64,000 nt of DNA, taken from contig OX597817.1 of NCBI GenBank assembly GCA_951406725.2, positions 73,470,001-73,534,000 on the forward strand, in the 5' to 3' direction. Positions 1 through 13,204 of this stretch are shown here, in pieces. Under the pieces are notes generated by a model. It saw nothing but the letters and a program-made list of their open reading frames with translations. It did no database searches and had not been told where the DNA came from. A program made the position numbers and the translations under genes. Source of the DNA: Octopus vulgaris (Eukaryota). Position 1 is the stretch's first letter, and every line of letters begins with the position of its first letter.

Positions 1-1145
1 AAGGTGCTCTCTTACCTACAATATTATTGCTACTACACAAGTAGCCATATGAATCAGGTAGACTTGCTTTCAAAAATGTCACGGCCAACAGCATAAACTG
101 GTAAGCTGGCTGGCGTAGAAGCGCTCCCACAAGCACTCTTACCTACAAATCAATAAGACATGTTGTGAATAAGAAATAAGGATCCTTAATAATGCTAATA
201 CATAAGTAGAACCAGTCACAACTATGCAATAATGCAAGGTTCTAGGATAAGAAGCTTGTTTCACTACTTGTTGAGGTTAATATTCTCACTTGTTGCACAA
301 AAGAAAGGGTGTAATTTTATTTAGAAAGATATTCATTCCTTCAGATATGACCTTTTGAATTAGAACACATAGTCTCCTGAACATTAATCTTTGCCTTATC
401 AATCAATAAATCTCAAGGGCAAACAATATCTTTTACTGGATTACAATTTGAGGAACCTGGTTTGCTCGTGGTCAGTTTTATGTTAGATAATCACCAGATG
501 GACACCGCCATAATCCCTATCGATAAAACCTAAAATATTGTGTATCCTAAAAGAATGACACGAACGTTCAGAATTTACAATGTTATGAAGACCACAGATA
601 TAATATCCAATATAGGCTGAAGCTCATCATGAATCTTAATGATTCATTATTAATGCATGCATTGCAGTTCTGATATTTGAGTATGTTGATTTCCTACGGA
701 CATTCCAGTTTCCATATATTAGAGAATAGCCTTATTTCTAAGAATGATTCATCTAAAATTACGGTTTCTACTTAAAATATAAGAATTAAAGAATTTCAAG
801 AATAACAAATAAAATATAAAGTTCAATAATAGTTTAAAATTGAATAAAACAGTTTTTACTTTGGTTAATCTTATATCTCTGCTTAACAGTTTTCAATTAG
901 TTATATGTGGTTTTTATAATTAAATTACAAAACATACTATTAAATTGTAGCACGGTGTATTAGACAACAGACTGCTATAACTGGAGAGGAAAGAGAAACC
1001 AAAGAGTATTCCATCACGTAGAAAATGACTTTAATCAAGAACATATCTTAACAATTTATAACTACTTCTCAGCCTGATCATCCCAGGGATTCTGCTAGTA
1101 TACATATGTACACACACACACGCAGGCACGCAAGCACACCCACCC

Positions 1146-1398
1146 ACATACATACATACATACATACATACATACATACATACATACATACATACATACA
1201 TACATACATACATACATACATACATACATGCATACAGTTTAACATTATTCGGGTAATAATCTTATAACGTACAAAACTTCTCCATGGGTATTGGCTATCA
1301 TATGCCGTATCATACAGCAAGAATTCTCTTTTTACTCGATATTTATGTGGAAATCCGTCAATGTACGCAGAATTCATACATGTTTATATACATACATA

Positions 1399-1464
<66 letters not shown>

Positions 1465-1487
1465 GTATGTATATATGTATGTATATA

Positions 1488-1567
<80 letters not shown>
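1146..1567. repeat. compound microsatellites (TACA)n, (TA)n, (TATG)n, (GA)n
   Basis: Visible directly; source of the YVCM/YI/ER pseudo-ORFs at 1031-1711. Confidence 0.95.
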
Positions 1568-1572
<5 letters not shown>

Positions 1573-2446
1573 GGAAGAATACGTAGAGAGATTCAGACAA
1601 AGAATCTTGTCTGACACGAAACAGAAACTGGAGTTAAAGAAAGATATCCAAGTGAAATTGGCAATCAATGGATCAACTGCAGAACAAAATATTTTCGTCC
1701 AATTGTGTTGAAAATCACGAACCTTCCAAAAGCTTGTTACTTAATACTTTAGTGAGAGAATCGACTCTCGACTCCTGGTAACAATGGTCAGAAGATTTTT
1801 TTTCCCCGAAGTATTTATGGTGGTGGCGGTGTTGATGTTGCTGATGACGGCAGTTGTGCTGGTGTTGCTGGTGGTGGTGGTGGTGGTGATAATGTTGTTG
1901 GTAGTCGTGGTAGTGGTGTTGAGGGTGAAAACGTGACACTACTAGTCGCATTGACGTAGCTTGTAGTGAAGCTGATGAGGAAGGTGCGACGATAGAGGTG
2001 GTGGTGTTGGTGGTTTTGGTTGTGGTGATGGTGGTGGTGGTGACGTTAGTGTTGGTGGCGGTGATGGCAGTGGTGGTGGTGATATGGTCGTTGTGGCGAT
2101 GGTGTTATTTATGCTGGTGATTACTGTTGGATTGGTTGCGGTGGTAGTAGTGATAATGGTATTGGTTGGGATAGTGATGGAGACAATTCAAGGGGCAGAG
2201 GCGGTGCTGGTGGTGTTAGCACTAGTGGTGATATGAGAGAAGGCGGGTGAAAAGAATTGGAACACTTTAAAAGAGAGAAAGAGAAACAAAATAGAAAGGA
2301 AGCAAGAACAAAGGAAATAGAGAAGATGGAAGAGAGAATGGAAGAGGAACGTGAAGTGGAATGTCAAAGATGGTAAAGGAATGTTCATACGTTTTTTATT
2401 TGCTGAGAGGTAGAATCATACATAGAATGATGAACAAAGAAAAATC

Positions 2447-2611
2447 ACAGCAGGAGTGGTTGTGTGGTAAGAGGTTTGCTTCCCCACCACATGGTTCTGG
2501 GTTCAGTCACACTGCGTGATATTTTGGGCAAGTGTCTTCTACTATTGTCTCAGGCCGACCGAAACCTTGTGAGCGGATTTGGTAGACGGAAAATGAAAGA
2601 AGCCAGTATTG

Positions 2612-2678
<67 letters not shown>

Positions 2679-2885
2679 CTGTGTTTGTCCCCCATGGTAT
2701 TTACGACCCCCGTAACTTAGCGATTCGGCAAAAGTGGATGATAGAATAAATACCAGGCTTCAAAATAAATAAATAAATAAAACAGTACCGGGATCGATTC
2801 ATTCAACTAAAATTCCTCCAAGCGATGCCCCAGCATGGCCGCAGAGCAATGAGTGAAACAGGTATAAAGTAAATTGATAAAAAAG
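2447..2885 (+). mobile_element. tRNA-derived SINE, family 1 (central (TA)n(TG)n tract)
   Basis: Head caggagtggttgtgtggtaagaggtttgcttccc...ggttcagtcacact (A/B-box-like), body cttgggcaagtgtcttctactat, central microsatellite, tail gatgccccagcatggccgcag...tgaaaca. Same layout recurs many times in the window. Confidence 0.85.
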
Positions 2886-4234
2886 ATACTATAGGGTATG
2901 TTTCTATATGGTCTCTAGGAATGCTAGAGATAGCAGCTTACAGTCTATTTTTTTTTTAAAAAAGGGAAGGGTATATTGACCGATGTTGTGTTAAATGCAG
3001 AAAAAGACGGGTTGGTCATATCTGAAATGCTTTCGATCATTTGTCTGCCCAATGGAGCCGAAAGAATAAAAAACACATATATAAAAAATTCGTGCTACTC
3101 CAGCGAAATAGCCTTTATGTGGTTACATGAAATACACGAAACAATAGTCAAGCCTTACTTAAATTACATGCGGTAGTATTGATAGAGTTGAGACGTATTG
3201 CATAGTGTAGTCTAGATATACTATGCTTGAGAAAGAAAAAAGATGAGATGGTTATGACTGGAATTGTAAGGCTGACGTGAAGCTAAACAATAAGGACAAA
3301 GACGACGGCAACATTACCAACAATAACAGCAGCAACAACAACAGCAACAATAGTACCACCAATAATCAAAGCAATGAGTTATCAAAGGAATCTTTACTTG
3401 ATTACCAAGTATGCTTGAAATTCTATCCAAATCTTCAGCAAATTACACTCAGCGGTTTTCTTCTTACGGTAAGAAACATTTGAAATTTTTTAAAGTGTAA
3501 ACAACATTATTTTTGGAAATAAAGCGGGATTTATAAGCCTACTCATTTCAACCACAGTCAACTAATAATGGTCAGCAACAAAACGACTGATGAGAGAATC
3601 ACATAACACAGCTTCTTTTTGATGTATTCTCCATTACTGATACTTTTCACTGAACAAAAGATATTTGACTTAATATTAACCAAAAAAAAAAAAAAAAAGC
3701 CAACAATGAAATTTTGAGTGAATTTGGTGGATGGAAACACCGAGGAAGCCCGTGGTTTTTATATTTCAAACCCTCGTGTTATATATTCAACGGATACTGG
3801 GAATATTTTCTTCGATAGCCCTAATGGGTACGGATGGCTGGACAAAGTTGGTAGTAGACAACGCTTATGAGGTAATGTTAAACGTATTATAAAAAATATC
3901 AAAGATATGTTCACTGCAAACATACTGCTTTAACCTTTTTCCAGTCCTGTATATCACATGCGATACACAAGATATCCCATATTTCCCTGGCATCCATGCA
4001 TCGTATATGATACACATTCCCAGTTTTTTTTTCAACCAATAGAGTAACTTGGAACATATGACAGAAAGCTTTTGTATTACTCAGAAGGTTTGAAACTTGG
4101 GCTCACTGAAAGACAGAAAACAAGCTTGAAAGTTTAGGAGAAATATATGAAAATGCTTTGAATAGGAAAAAGGTTGATAATAATCTGACAAGCTTTCTAA
4201 AGCAGCACAATCACCTTTGTGTATTCTTTATATA

Positions 4235-4646
4235 CTAGCTGACCCCATGCCGTCAGAAATGACGGCTAATTGTAGTATTTTATATGTAAATAAGGTACAA
4301 AACAAGGTACATAATAATCACAGATACAAACATTCACATACATCCCTTGTACATGCACAGACATGCACACATACTCAAAGAGAGTTGAAATGCTGTTTGA
4401 TTTTTCTTTTCAGCGTTGAACGTTCACCATCCCATTTCCATTGTACACACACACACACACAAACATTCACATACCTCCCTTTTACGTATATACACATATA
4501 CTCACACAGAGTTGAAACGCTGATTTTTTTCACTTCTTCCTTCGTTATTCATCTATCACCCCTTTCATTTCTCATTCATATGTTGTGACGGAGAAAAACA
4601 GAAGATGCACGACGCGCTCTTTGCCACTTCCTTTCATTTATTGCTA

Positions 4647-4678
<32 letters not shown>

Positions 4679-4793
4679 GCTCTCTCTCTCTCAGGGCTAT
4701 TATTCTCACTACTTCTCCTTCACTGAATTGCTATTTTCTTTCCTCTCCCTTCACTTATATTACTCTTTCTCCTACTCCGTGATTTTGGACACA

Positions 4794-4833
<40 letters not shown>

Positions 4834-4876
4834 TACAAATATATAAAAACACTACGTTCATTATCATATTAGGAGA
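4235..4876 (-). mobile_element. non-autonomous Helitron-like element
   Basis: On the minus strand it starts TCtcctaatatgataa after an A (4877) and ends CTAG (4238-4235) before a T. A perfect 7-bp hairpin gccgtca-gaaa-tgacggc (4249-4266) lies ~10 nt from the CTAG end; no TSD. The 5' boundary is less certain than the 3' end. Confidence 0.7.
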
Positions 4877-5474
4877 TTCTAAAATCGAACTGCATCGATA
4901 GGATTTGGGTTAATCAAGTATATAGGCCTTATCGCGACGTGGCGATCTATTTTCTGTATAATGCTATACATCATTCTTTAAACAACATGAAACTAGAATT
5001 AAATTTCAATTAATCTTTTTTTGAATAAACAAAAACCAACTATTATTTATTCAAAGAATCGTAATAAGCAAAAGTTAGTCACCTTGAATAGCGAAATCTC
5101 TAAATTATCTCGATTTTCATAAAGTTCGATGTTATAAAAGCGTCGGTTTTTATTGATTGCTGATTAAATATTTAAACTGATTATTAAAACATTTAATTAT
5201 TGTTTTGATAATCTTTTATGTGGATATCGTTTTCCCACCTTATAAAATACTTAAATGAGTTCCTTTATATGGAAATGCTAATAAAACTGTTAGAAATACA
5301 CGTTCCATATTATGCCTCAGAATTTGTTTTCACTTTTATTATTGTTTGACAACGAATATTTTTTTTTTATGACTCGAGTTATAAATATTGCGTAACAATT
5401 TGTAACGCATTACTATCCCTGAAGAGAGATAAAGAAAACTCAAAACGCTTGTGATCTGCTTGTCAACAATCTAT

Positions 5475-5477
<3 letters not shown>

Positions 5478-5540
<63 letters not shown>

Positions 5541-5686
5541 GCATACACACATACGCGCACACATCGCATTCTGTTGCATAACGTACTAAAAAATACTCAC
5601 ATCTTTGCATATATACATACTTAATGCTGTATAGATATCAGTATACTTGAATATATGTATGTATGTATGTATGTATGTATACTTGA

Positions 5687-5719
<33 letters not shown>

Positions 5720-5956
5720 TGTATGTATGTATGTATGTATGTATGTATGTATGTACGTACGTACGTATGTAAGTATGTATGTATGTATGTATGTATGTAT
5801 GTATGTATGTATGTATGTATGTATGTATGTATATGTATGTATGTATGTATGTATGCATGCATGTATGTATGTATGAATGTATGTATGTATGTATGTATAT
5901 ATATATATATATTTATATATATATACACACATATACATATATACATATATATATTT

Positions 5957-6007
<51 letters not shown>

Positions 6008-6010
6008 TGA
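5478..6010. repeat. (CA)n, (TATG)n and (TA)n microsatellites
   Basis: Visible directly. Confidence 0.95.
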
Positions 6011-6542
6011 AAATACATACACATACATATAACAGGTACACACACACACGTAAACAAATTACAAATTCTTCCGCCACACACACACAGATACGCACGTGCA
6101 CACAACTGGATATACATACGCACTATTTATATTATACAAGACTACATACATTAATATATACAGACATGAAAGCAAATAGCATACATATATAATGCTGTGT
6201 ATATATTAACGTGCTTGAATATTTATACCCAAAATAGAAACCAAAGACACGCATTTAAACAGAGACCTCTCTCTCTCTTTCTCTCTCTCTCTCTGTCACA
6301 CGCACATACACGCACACACTCTCTCCCACACGGACACACACACACATACTAAATATAATACATAAAAAATCATATATTCATACAATCATGTATACAAACG
6401 ATAGAGGCAATATATACAAACATAATGTAGTATACATACATTCAGGAATATATAAGCTTGTATATTCATTCATACAACATGCACACATATTCACACACTC
6501 TGTTTGTCTGTCTATCTGTCTGTCTGTCTCTGTCTGTCTGTC

Positions 6543-6590
<48 letters not shown>

Positions 6591-7260
6591 ACTATCTCTT
6601 TCTATATCGTTCTGCCTCTATTTTCCCTACTTGCCTAGATAGGAGCAGTTAAAAGTGGATAGTTATATAAACATTTGTATTAAATTATTTACAAGTGTCT
6701 CTTAAATTTCCGTCTGATTATAAAGTTGTTTCGTGTTTGATGACTTTCTTCTTGTTGTTCCCCACCTTTTTTCCCACCCTCTTTTCTTTTTCATTTTCCT
6801 TTTTCCCCCTTTTTTTTTCTTTTATTTATTTACTCTGTTTTCTCTATTTCCCACTTCCGAATAAACATTCAGAAGTGTTGAGAAAGAGAGAAAGAGAAAG
6901 AGAGAGAGAGAGAGAGAAAGAGAGCTTGTGTGAATATAATTTCCTATACTGCACCTGTACCTAAAATGTCTTACAAAAATGTCCTAGAAGAAAAGTGGGG
7001 GACTTTTAAGGCAGAGTGTAACGGGGTGCCTGACAATCAGCTGTAAAGATAAAAATCTGAATGCCGGGAAGACTGGCGGTGATCTGCGTCAGTTATAATT
7101 AGTTCATATAAGAGTGTCGGTGGAACGGTTTGCTAAGTTCCAGCGCCATGAACAGAGAAAAATATGAGCCCTTCTTTACTTATCATCTGAATGGAGAAGA
7201 AACACTAAAAGAAAGAAAGAATAGGGAGAGAAAGGAAGATGGAGATAGAAAGGGAAAGAT

Positions 7261-7303
<43 letters not shown>

Positions 7304-8711
7304 TGTGGTGCTGTTGCTTTGGCTGCAGGAAAAATTATACGCTTAATCCATCGACCGAGTTTAACACCACTACATGCTCTTTATCAGAGTTCATAATATT
7401 GCATTTAGTCGGGTTAGGTATATATACTTTAGTGATGACTTCTTTCTCTCCGCCATTCTTACCTCTATTGACTCTGAAAGAAGTCCTGATTTTAGAGAAG
7501 CGCTTGTCATCACATGATCCTCGGTTACTTAGGTCGAGTCCATTCCAATGCAAAATATTCGGGTCAGTTATCCTGTCTGAGAATGAATTTTTCTCTTTTC
7601 TTTCACCAAACTCGGAGTCTTTCCCTCTTTGTCTATCCATTTAAAAGAAATAAGTTACACTTAATATTTTGCTTACAAACAAAGCAACAATTTAACTCAA
7701 TCAAAGTCTTCCACGAACTTTTCCAGTATCTTGAAAGAGTACCAGTTGTTTCCGGTTCTGTGATTTGGTTGAGATGGAAACGGCAAGCCCTCTCAGGTGG
7801 TTCAATGCTGTTGGTGATATCGATGGAAATTATATTGTTGTCGTTCTTGATGTTTAGCCCAATGTCTAAACGTGTCCTTTCTTATGGTTAGGCATAGGGG
7901 CTCTTATAAGGTCGCGGATTCAATTCCTGATGCTGTGTTTTGGGTAAAGCACTTTACCTACTTAGCAGGCGAAAATGACCTGAGCGTCAGTTTAGCGTCA
8001 AGTTACTGCGGTAGCGTTAATGGATAAGTTAATCTTGATGAAGACGGATACGTTCAGCAATGGACTGCTATATCATATCTTTACCCTTCGCCCTTTGCAG
8101 TGAAACAAGACCACATCTCCCAATGTATTCTACTCTTTGACTACTTCTACAAGATTGGACAATCACAAGAAACTCCTTCATTTGCCAGGGCCCAGTGTTG
8201 TTGATGTTGCTGGTGGTGTTGTTAGTGGTATAGTTGTTTAGACACTGGTTAGAGCAAATAGAGCAGACCTATCATCAAAAAAGTCCAAACCATAACTATA
8301 TCACCTATGATTGTTTATCTAGAACTACACTAGCCAATGTTTCACTGCTATGTCATGAATGTACGGCATCTGTGAGGGAGATTTGACTGTTATCTCTAGT
8401 TGGCTGAGCGGCCACGTATCGGTTACTTTGTTGTTTCAGTTTCTTTAATTGGTACTACGAGGAGAAAACAACTCAGAAGTGAAGCTTTACGCAAAATAAG
8501 GTAGTGGTAAACCTGTAAGGCGCTGGCATGGATGTGTGGCTGAGAAGTCCGCACTACCACCGCATGGTTCAAAGCTCAGCTCCGAAGCGCAGCACCTGGA
8601 TAAACTTCTACTATAGCGTTAGATTAACTAATTCCTTGTGAGGGGAAGTTGTTAGGCGAAAATTGGGCGGAGGGTAGTTGTACATGTATGTAAATATCTT
8701 CCAGCGATGTA

Positions 8712-9674
8712 CGAGGGTTGTATTAAAAGTTTTGAGTCTAACCTAGAAATGGGGCTGCAAGGTAGCTGAAACAATTTTTTCTTTTAAGTACTGTCTTTTG
8801 GAGTATTCTTGCTCATTTTCATGATTCTGATATTTTTATTATTTTTTTTTGTTGCAGATTTTTTAATAAACAAGTGTCAAGATTACAAGAAAAATAGAGA
8901 AAACTGAGAATCGTGCTGTTATGAAGTACCTTCATTTGAAAGGCATGACTCCATCAGAAATCCATGAAGATATGGCGAGAACCTTAACAGACAATGCTCC
9001 TTCATATGCAACAGTCAAACGCTGGGTAATTGAATTCAAGCGTGGCAGGGAGAGTGTTGAAGATGATCCCAGACCAGGGAGACCGCCAACTGCAACCACC
9101 AAGGACAACCTTAACCTTGCTCTTGGTATGATAATGCAAGATCGCTGAATAACATGTCGTCAGATAGCCGAGAAACTGAGCATCTCATTTGAAAGAGCAG
9201 ACAACAATGTAACAAAAGAACTTATGTTCTCAAAGGTTTCCGCAAGGTGGGTCCTTCGCTTTTTGACTCTTGAACAGAAACGTACCTGGTGCACTTTATC
9301 CACGAGCAATCTGGAACTTTTTGAAGTCGATGAAGAGAATTTTCTTGCTCGTTTCATTACTATAGACGAAAGTTGGGTTCATCACTACCAGCCTGAAACC
9401 AAAGAACAACCAAAGCAATGGAAGCACACATCTCCTACCCCAAGGAAGACCAGGGTCATTCCTTCAGCTGGCAAGGTCATGGCATCCGTTTTTTTATATT
9501 CTCGATTACCTTGAAAAAGGTCATACTGTGACAGAGCTGTATTATTCTCAGCTACTGAAACGCCTCCGAGAAAGTGATCAGCTATCGAGGGGGACTATGT
9601 TGAAAAATAAATCATCAGAAGTCTTGTACCACGTTTTTTTTTTTTGAGGCTCAAGACTTTTCATACACCCCTCG
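8712..9674 (+). mobile_element. mariner-like DNA transposon, internally deleted
   Basis: 28-bp TIRs: cgagggttgtattaaaagttttgagtct vs reverse complement of right end cgaggggtgtatgaaaagtcttgagcct (24/28). Flanked by TA at 8710-8711 and 9675-9676. Confidence 0.93.
8894..9610 (+). pseudogene. mariner transposase pseudogene
   Basis: ORFs 8921-9148 and 9224-9514 are in one frame split by TGA at 9146. Motifs: HTH, PRPGRP, WVLRFLT (WVPR-like), FITIDESWVHHY (first catalytic D), KVMASVF, C-terminal GDYVEK-stop. The segment with the second and third catalytic D is missing near 9572. Confidence 0.9.
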
Positions 9675-10269
9675 TATATCGGCAAAATATGTAAAATTTG
9701 TGAGTAGACTGAACAAACCGACGTTCTCAAACAAAAATACCTCGTGGTATGTATTCTATGTGAGCTTCATAAACACTCCTTTGTCATTCTCGCGATAATA
9801 AAGGCAGTGAACCAGTGGATGGTCCCTTACGTATTTATTGTTAATAAAACGCAATACAGAAATATATTGTTCGCAAAATAGGAACATTATGTTCGTAAAT
9901 AGAAACGTATTGTTCACAAACTGCCATATAATTTAAGTGAAATGTTAAAAATTGTAGAGGAATCTTGAGTGAAGAAGACTATTATTACTACCAACTAAAA
10001 GAACAAAAGACAAAAGAAGAAAAAGAAAGCTTAGGAGCTAACGAAACAGGATCTACGTGGTTTCCCGACATACTAGAAATACCAGCCAAATCTGTTTCAA
10101 ATCAAATTAGACTATTTTAGTCGGATATGAATATATTAGAGAGTATATATAGTGGTAAAAACGTGATGGTCATGGATGCAGTGCATTTGGTCATAGACAG
10201 GCGTGTTAAAACGGAGTTAAACAACAACTACTAGTACAACTACTCTTATTGCTGCTAATACTATTACTG

Positions 10270-10287
10270 TTGCTGCTGCTGCTGCTG

Positions 10288-10369
<82 letters not shown>
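10270..10369. repeat. (CTG)n(CTA)n microsatellite
   Basis: Visible directly. Confidence 0.95.
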
Positions 10370-10537
10370 AAACTTGTACCAAGCTGTAAAAGTGACAAGT
10401 GGTAGCTTCGCTAATTTTAAGTGCTAAGGTCAGTTTTCGTCACTGCAGGTTGATTTTGGAGTGGATACCTCATACCAGGATCCTTTGCTCAAAACCTTGT
10501 GAATGGACTTGGTAGAGGGAAACTGAAAGAAGCCGTC

Positions 10538-10572
<35 letters not shown>

Positions 10573-10575
<3 letters not shown>

Positions 10576-10625
10576 GCAGAGGTACCCGGCGTTGCTCGGG
10601 ATTAAAATGACCGATTTTTATTGTT
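10573..10625 (-). mobile_element. isolated Helitron 3' end
   Basis: Minus strand reads cccgagcaacgccgggtacctctgCTAGt, the same hairpin plus CTAG as the end at 12380-12407. Confidence 0.7.
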
Positions 10626-10810
10626 TTAATTGCTTCGGTGATGTAACTGCGGACATGCTGGAGCACCACATTTAATGGAAGAAATTGGCCACAGCATTTA
10701 TTCTTTGTAAGCCTGGTACTTATTGTATCGGTGTTTTCCCAAATGGCTAGGTTACAGGAACGTAAACACAACAACATCGGTTGTCAAGAAATGGTCGGGA
10801 TATAAACACA

Positions 10811-10815
<5 letters not shown>
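10625..10815 (-). mobile_element. SINE family 1, 3' half
   Basis: Matches the reverse complement of the family-1 tail (catgctggagcacc...ctttgtaagcctggtacttatt...cggttgtcaag). Confidence 0.75.
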
Positions 10816-10891
<76 letters not shown>

Positions 10892-12024
10892 ATACATATG
10901 CATATATGGGTAGAGGACGTCACCAACAGTAAATACGAAAACAAATGAGTTCAATACGCAAACAAAGAGAGCAACAAATGGAAAACAGGACAAGTAACAT
11001 AAAGAGTGACCCTTCATCAGTTGTTTACTGTCTATCTACTCCTCATTTCGAGTATTGAGCAACAATATGATTCTTCGAATACAGTTGCTGCCATAAGTAC
11101 CAAAATAAAATTTGGGATTTATGGAATACAAAGAAACCGAACAAAGACAAACATGGAAGGTCGTTAGACAGAACGAAGGTAACATAGCGAACGCTGGAGA
11201 AATATTTTCTTTGGCAAGAGAAAAGATAGAAGAGAGAGAGATAGAATACGTCCAGTCCTGTCTCCACTGTCCTGTTTTTGTTCCCAACTTTACCTAACAC
11301 AAACTGCTTGGCATCCACCTTTAGTTTATATCTAATAATTTATTTTGTCAACTCTATAATCAGAAGCCATTTTAAATATATTTTAACTGAAAATTTTGGA
11401 ATGTGAGAAACGTTTTAATGAAATGTTTTCCTCTCGTGCCATTTTACCCATGCTGATGTCATTTTTACTAAGTCATCATTTGGGTACACATATGACAAAA
11501 TGTATTCACAACATATTGCCGAATAATACCGTGGGAATCTCTGTTTAGCCTTTTGGCTGGCTAGGAATAGCAATCAAATCTCAAATCATACCTTCCGCTC
11601 TAAAAAATGAATGCACACACGAACAATGTAGTCACTAACCTCTGAAAGACAGGATGGTGACGAGAGAAAAGCCTCAGATCACTGGTCTGTTCGATTATAA
11701 TAACAAACTTCCTGAGAGAGCCTCTATGCAGTCGCTTGATTTTCTAAAAATAACAGTTATATCGCCCTCAATTCAAATCCTGTCATCCCTTAAAAGCAAA
11801 AAGACACTTTGGATAATGTAAAGAGCATAATAAATTGTCTTGCATTTAGGTGTCTCTTTTAATTCCCACAAAGTTCAAATTCCACCGAAGTCACATAACC
11901 CTTCGACGTTCCGGAGTAGATAAAATAATAACCAGTCATTACACACACACACACATACGCACGCATACACACACACACGCGCGCGCGCATATCACTCACG
12001 AGTTCACGACTGTGGATACGTATA

Positions 12025-12407
12025 TCTCTCTCTATATAAACGGCAGTTTGTCTGTGTGTGTTTCTGTGTGTCTGTTTGGTTGTACCCTCACTCTGACCAC
12101 GGCTTTCAACCGATTCTGATGAAACTTGACACACACATAGCCCAATGTCATAATTCAAAACTAACGCAGCGAAAATTTTGAAAAGTTCCCCCAGTTCTGA
12201 AAAAAATCGATAAATTCGACATGGGGTCGAGAATCAGAAACACAAACCACAGACTGTCTAGGGGACGCAACTCCACCTTTTTAACTCTCAAAAAAATTTA
12301 CCATCATTTTTTTCCCATTTGTTGGCTATATTTTGGCTATAAGTATCTAAAAATGCTTTATAGTTATTTCCCTTACAAACCCGAGCAACGCCGGGCGATA
12401 CTGCTAG
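12025..12407 (+). mobile_element. non-autonomous Helitron-like element
   Basis: A|TCtctctctatataaacggcag start; ends cccgagcaacgccggg hairpin, then cgatactgCTAG|T. The 5' ~200 bp match the copy at 45153-45576. Confidence 0.85.
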
Positions 12408-13204
12408 TCCTTACTATAATGGAGGAAAACGTGATTAAGATTAGATATATAACCATGTAATTTTTAATCTATCAACATTGTGTTAAAACTAAAGTGAATA
12501 GTAAAATCCAAAATATTCCAATTTTAATACATTTTCAAAAAGGACAAAAATGTAACTTTTATTGCCTGTTTTGAACACACCTCTCAATCCCTTAAATATC
12601 TCATTCATTGCGCTCTCCATTTCCTGTCGCCATTTAAAATAATTATGACTTTATGTTTTTACAAGAATCAATTATTGCCCCAATGTACGACACGGGTTTC
12701 ATCATAGCGTTATTAAAACTCTGGTAGTCCCGATTAGTGTCAGGTGATCCTTCATTTTGACAAATATTTTACTACAAATGGAAAAAATTATTTTACTCCG
12801 CTTCAGTGACGCATACGTTTTAATTTATCGATTGTAATTAAAAACTGTTTGTGCTGTTGTTAATTTTATTATTTATATTTGTGTTGTTGATGTCTTTTTC
12901 GTTGTTATTGTTTATTACTGGTCTGTTTATGGTTACAATTAAGAATGATTTTTTTGTGTTCGTGTTGTTGTTGACGTTGTTCATGTCTGCGTTGTTTAAG
13001 ATGTAAGGTTATAATTGCATCAGGTCGTTTAAGATCTTTTTGTTGTTGATGTTGTCGGTCACTGTTGTAACAGGAGGGGGAAATTATAGGGAGATGTGAC
13101 TGCGATTTCTAGTTAATTGACTTCGTAGAAGTACCATCTCGAAGTAAAATACCAGAAATTATTCAATTAAAATAATAATAGTTATAACAACAACGATAAT
13201 ATTA

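Noticed and set aside
5418-5452. Hammerhead-like ctgaagagag...ctcaaaacgct
   Set aside because: GAAA reads AAAA and stem I is poor. Similar broken motifs near 15097, 24273, 24627 and 52370 are probably Penelope relics but cannot be supported individually.
7303-7891. Overlapping ORFs in apparently unique sequence
   Set aside because: No recognisable motif or convincing splice sites. An exon or UTR cannot be excluded without RNA-seq or homology.
10908-11120. Repeat with CUGAUGA and an upstream GAAA on the minus strand (possible type II hammerhead)
   Set aside because: I could not form stems I and III from this copy.
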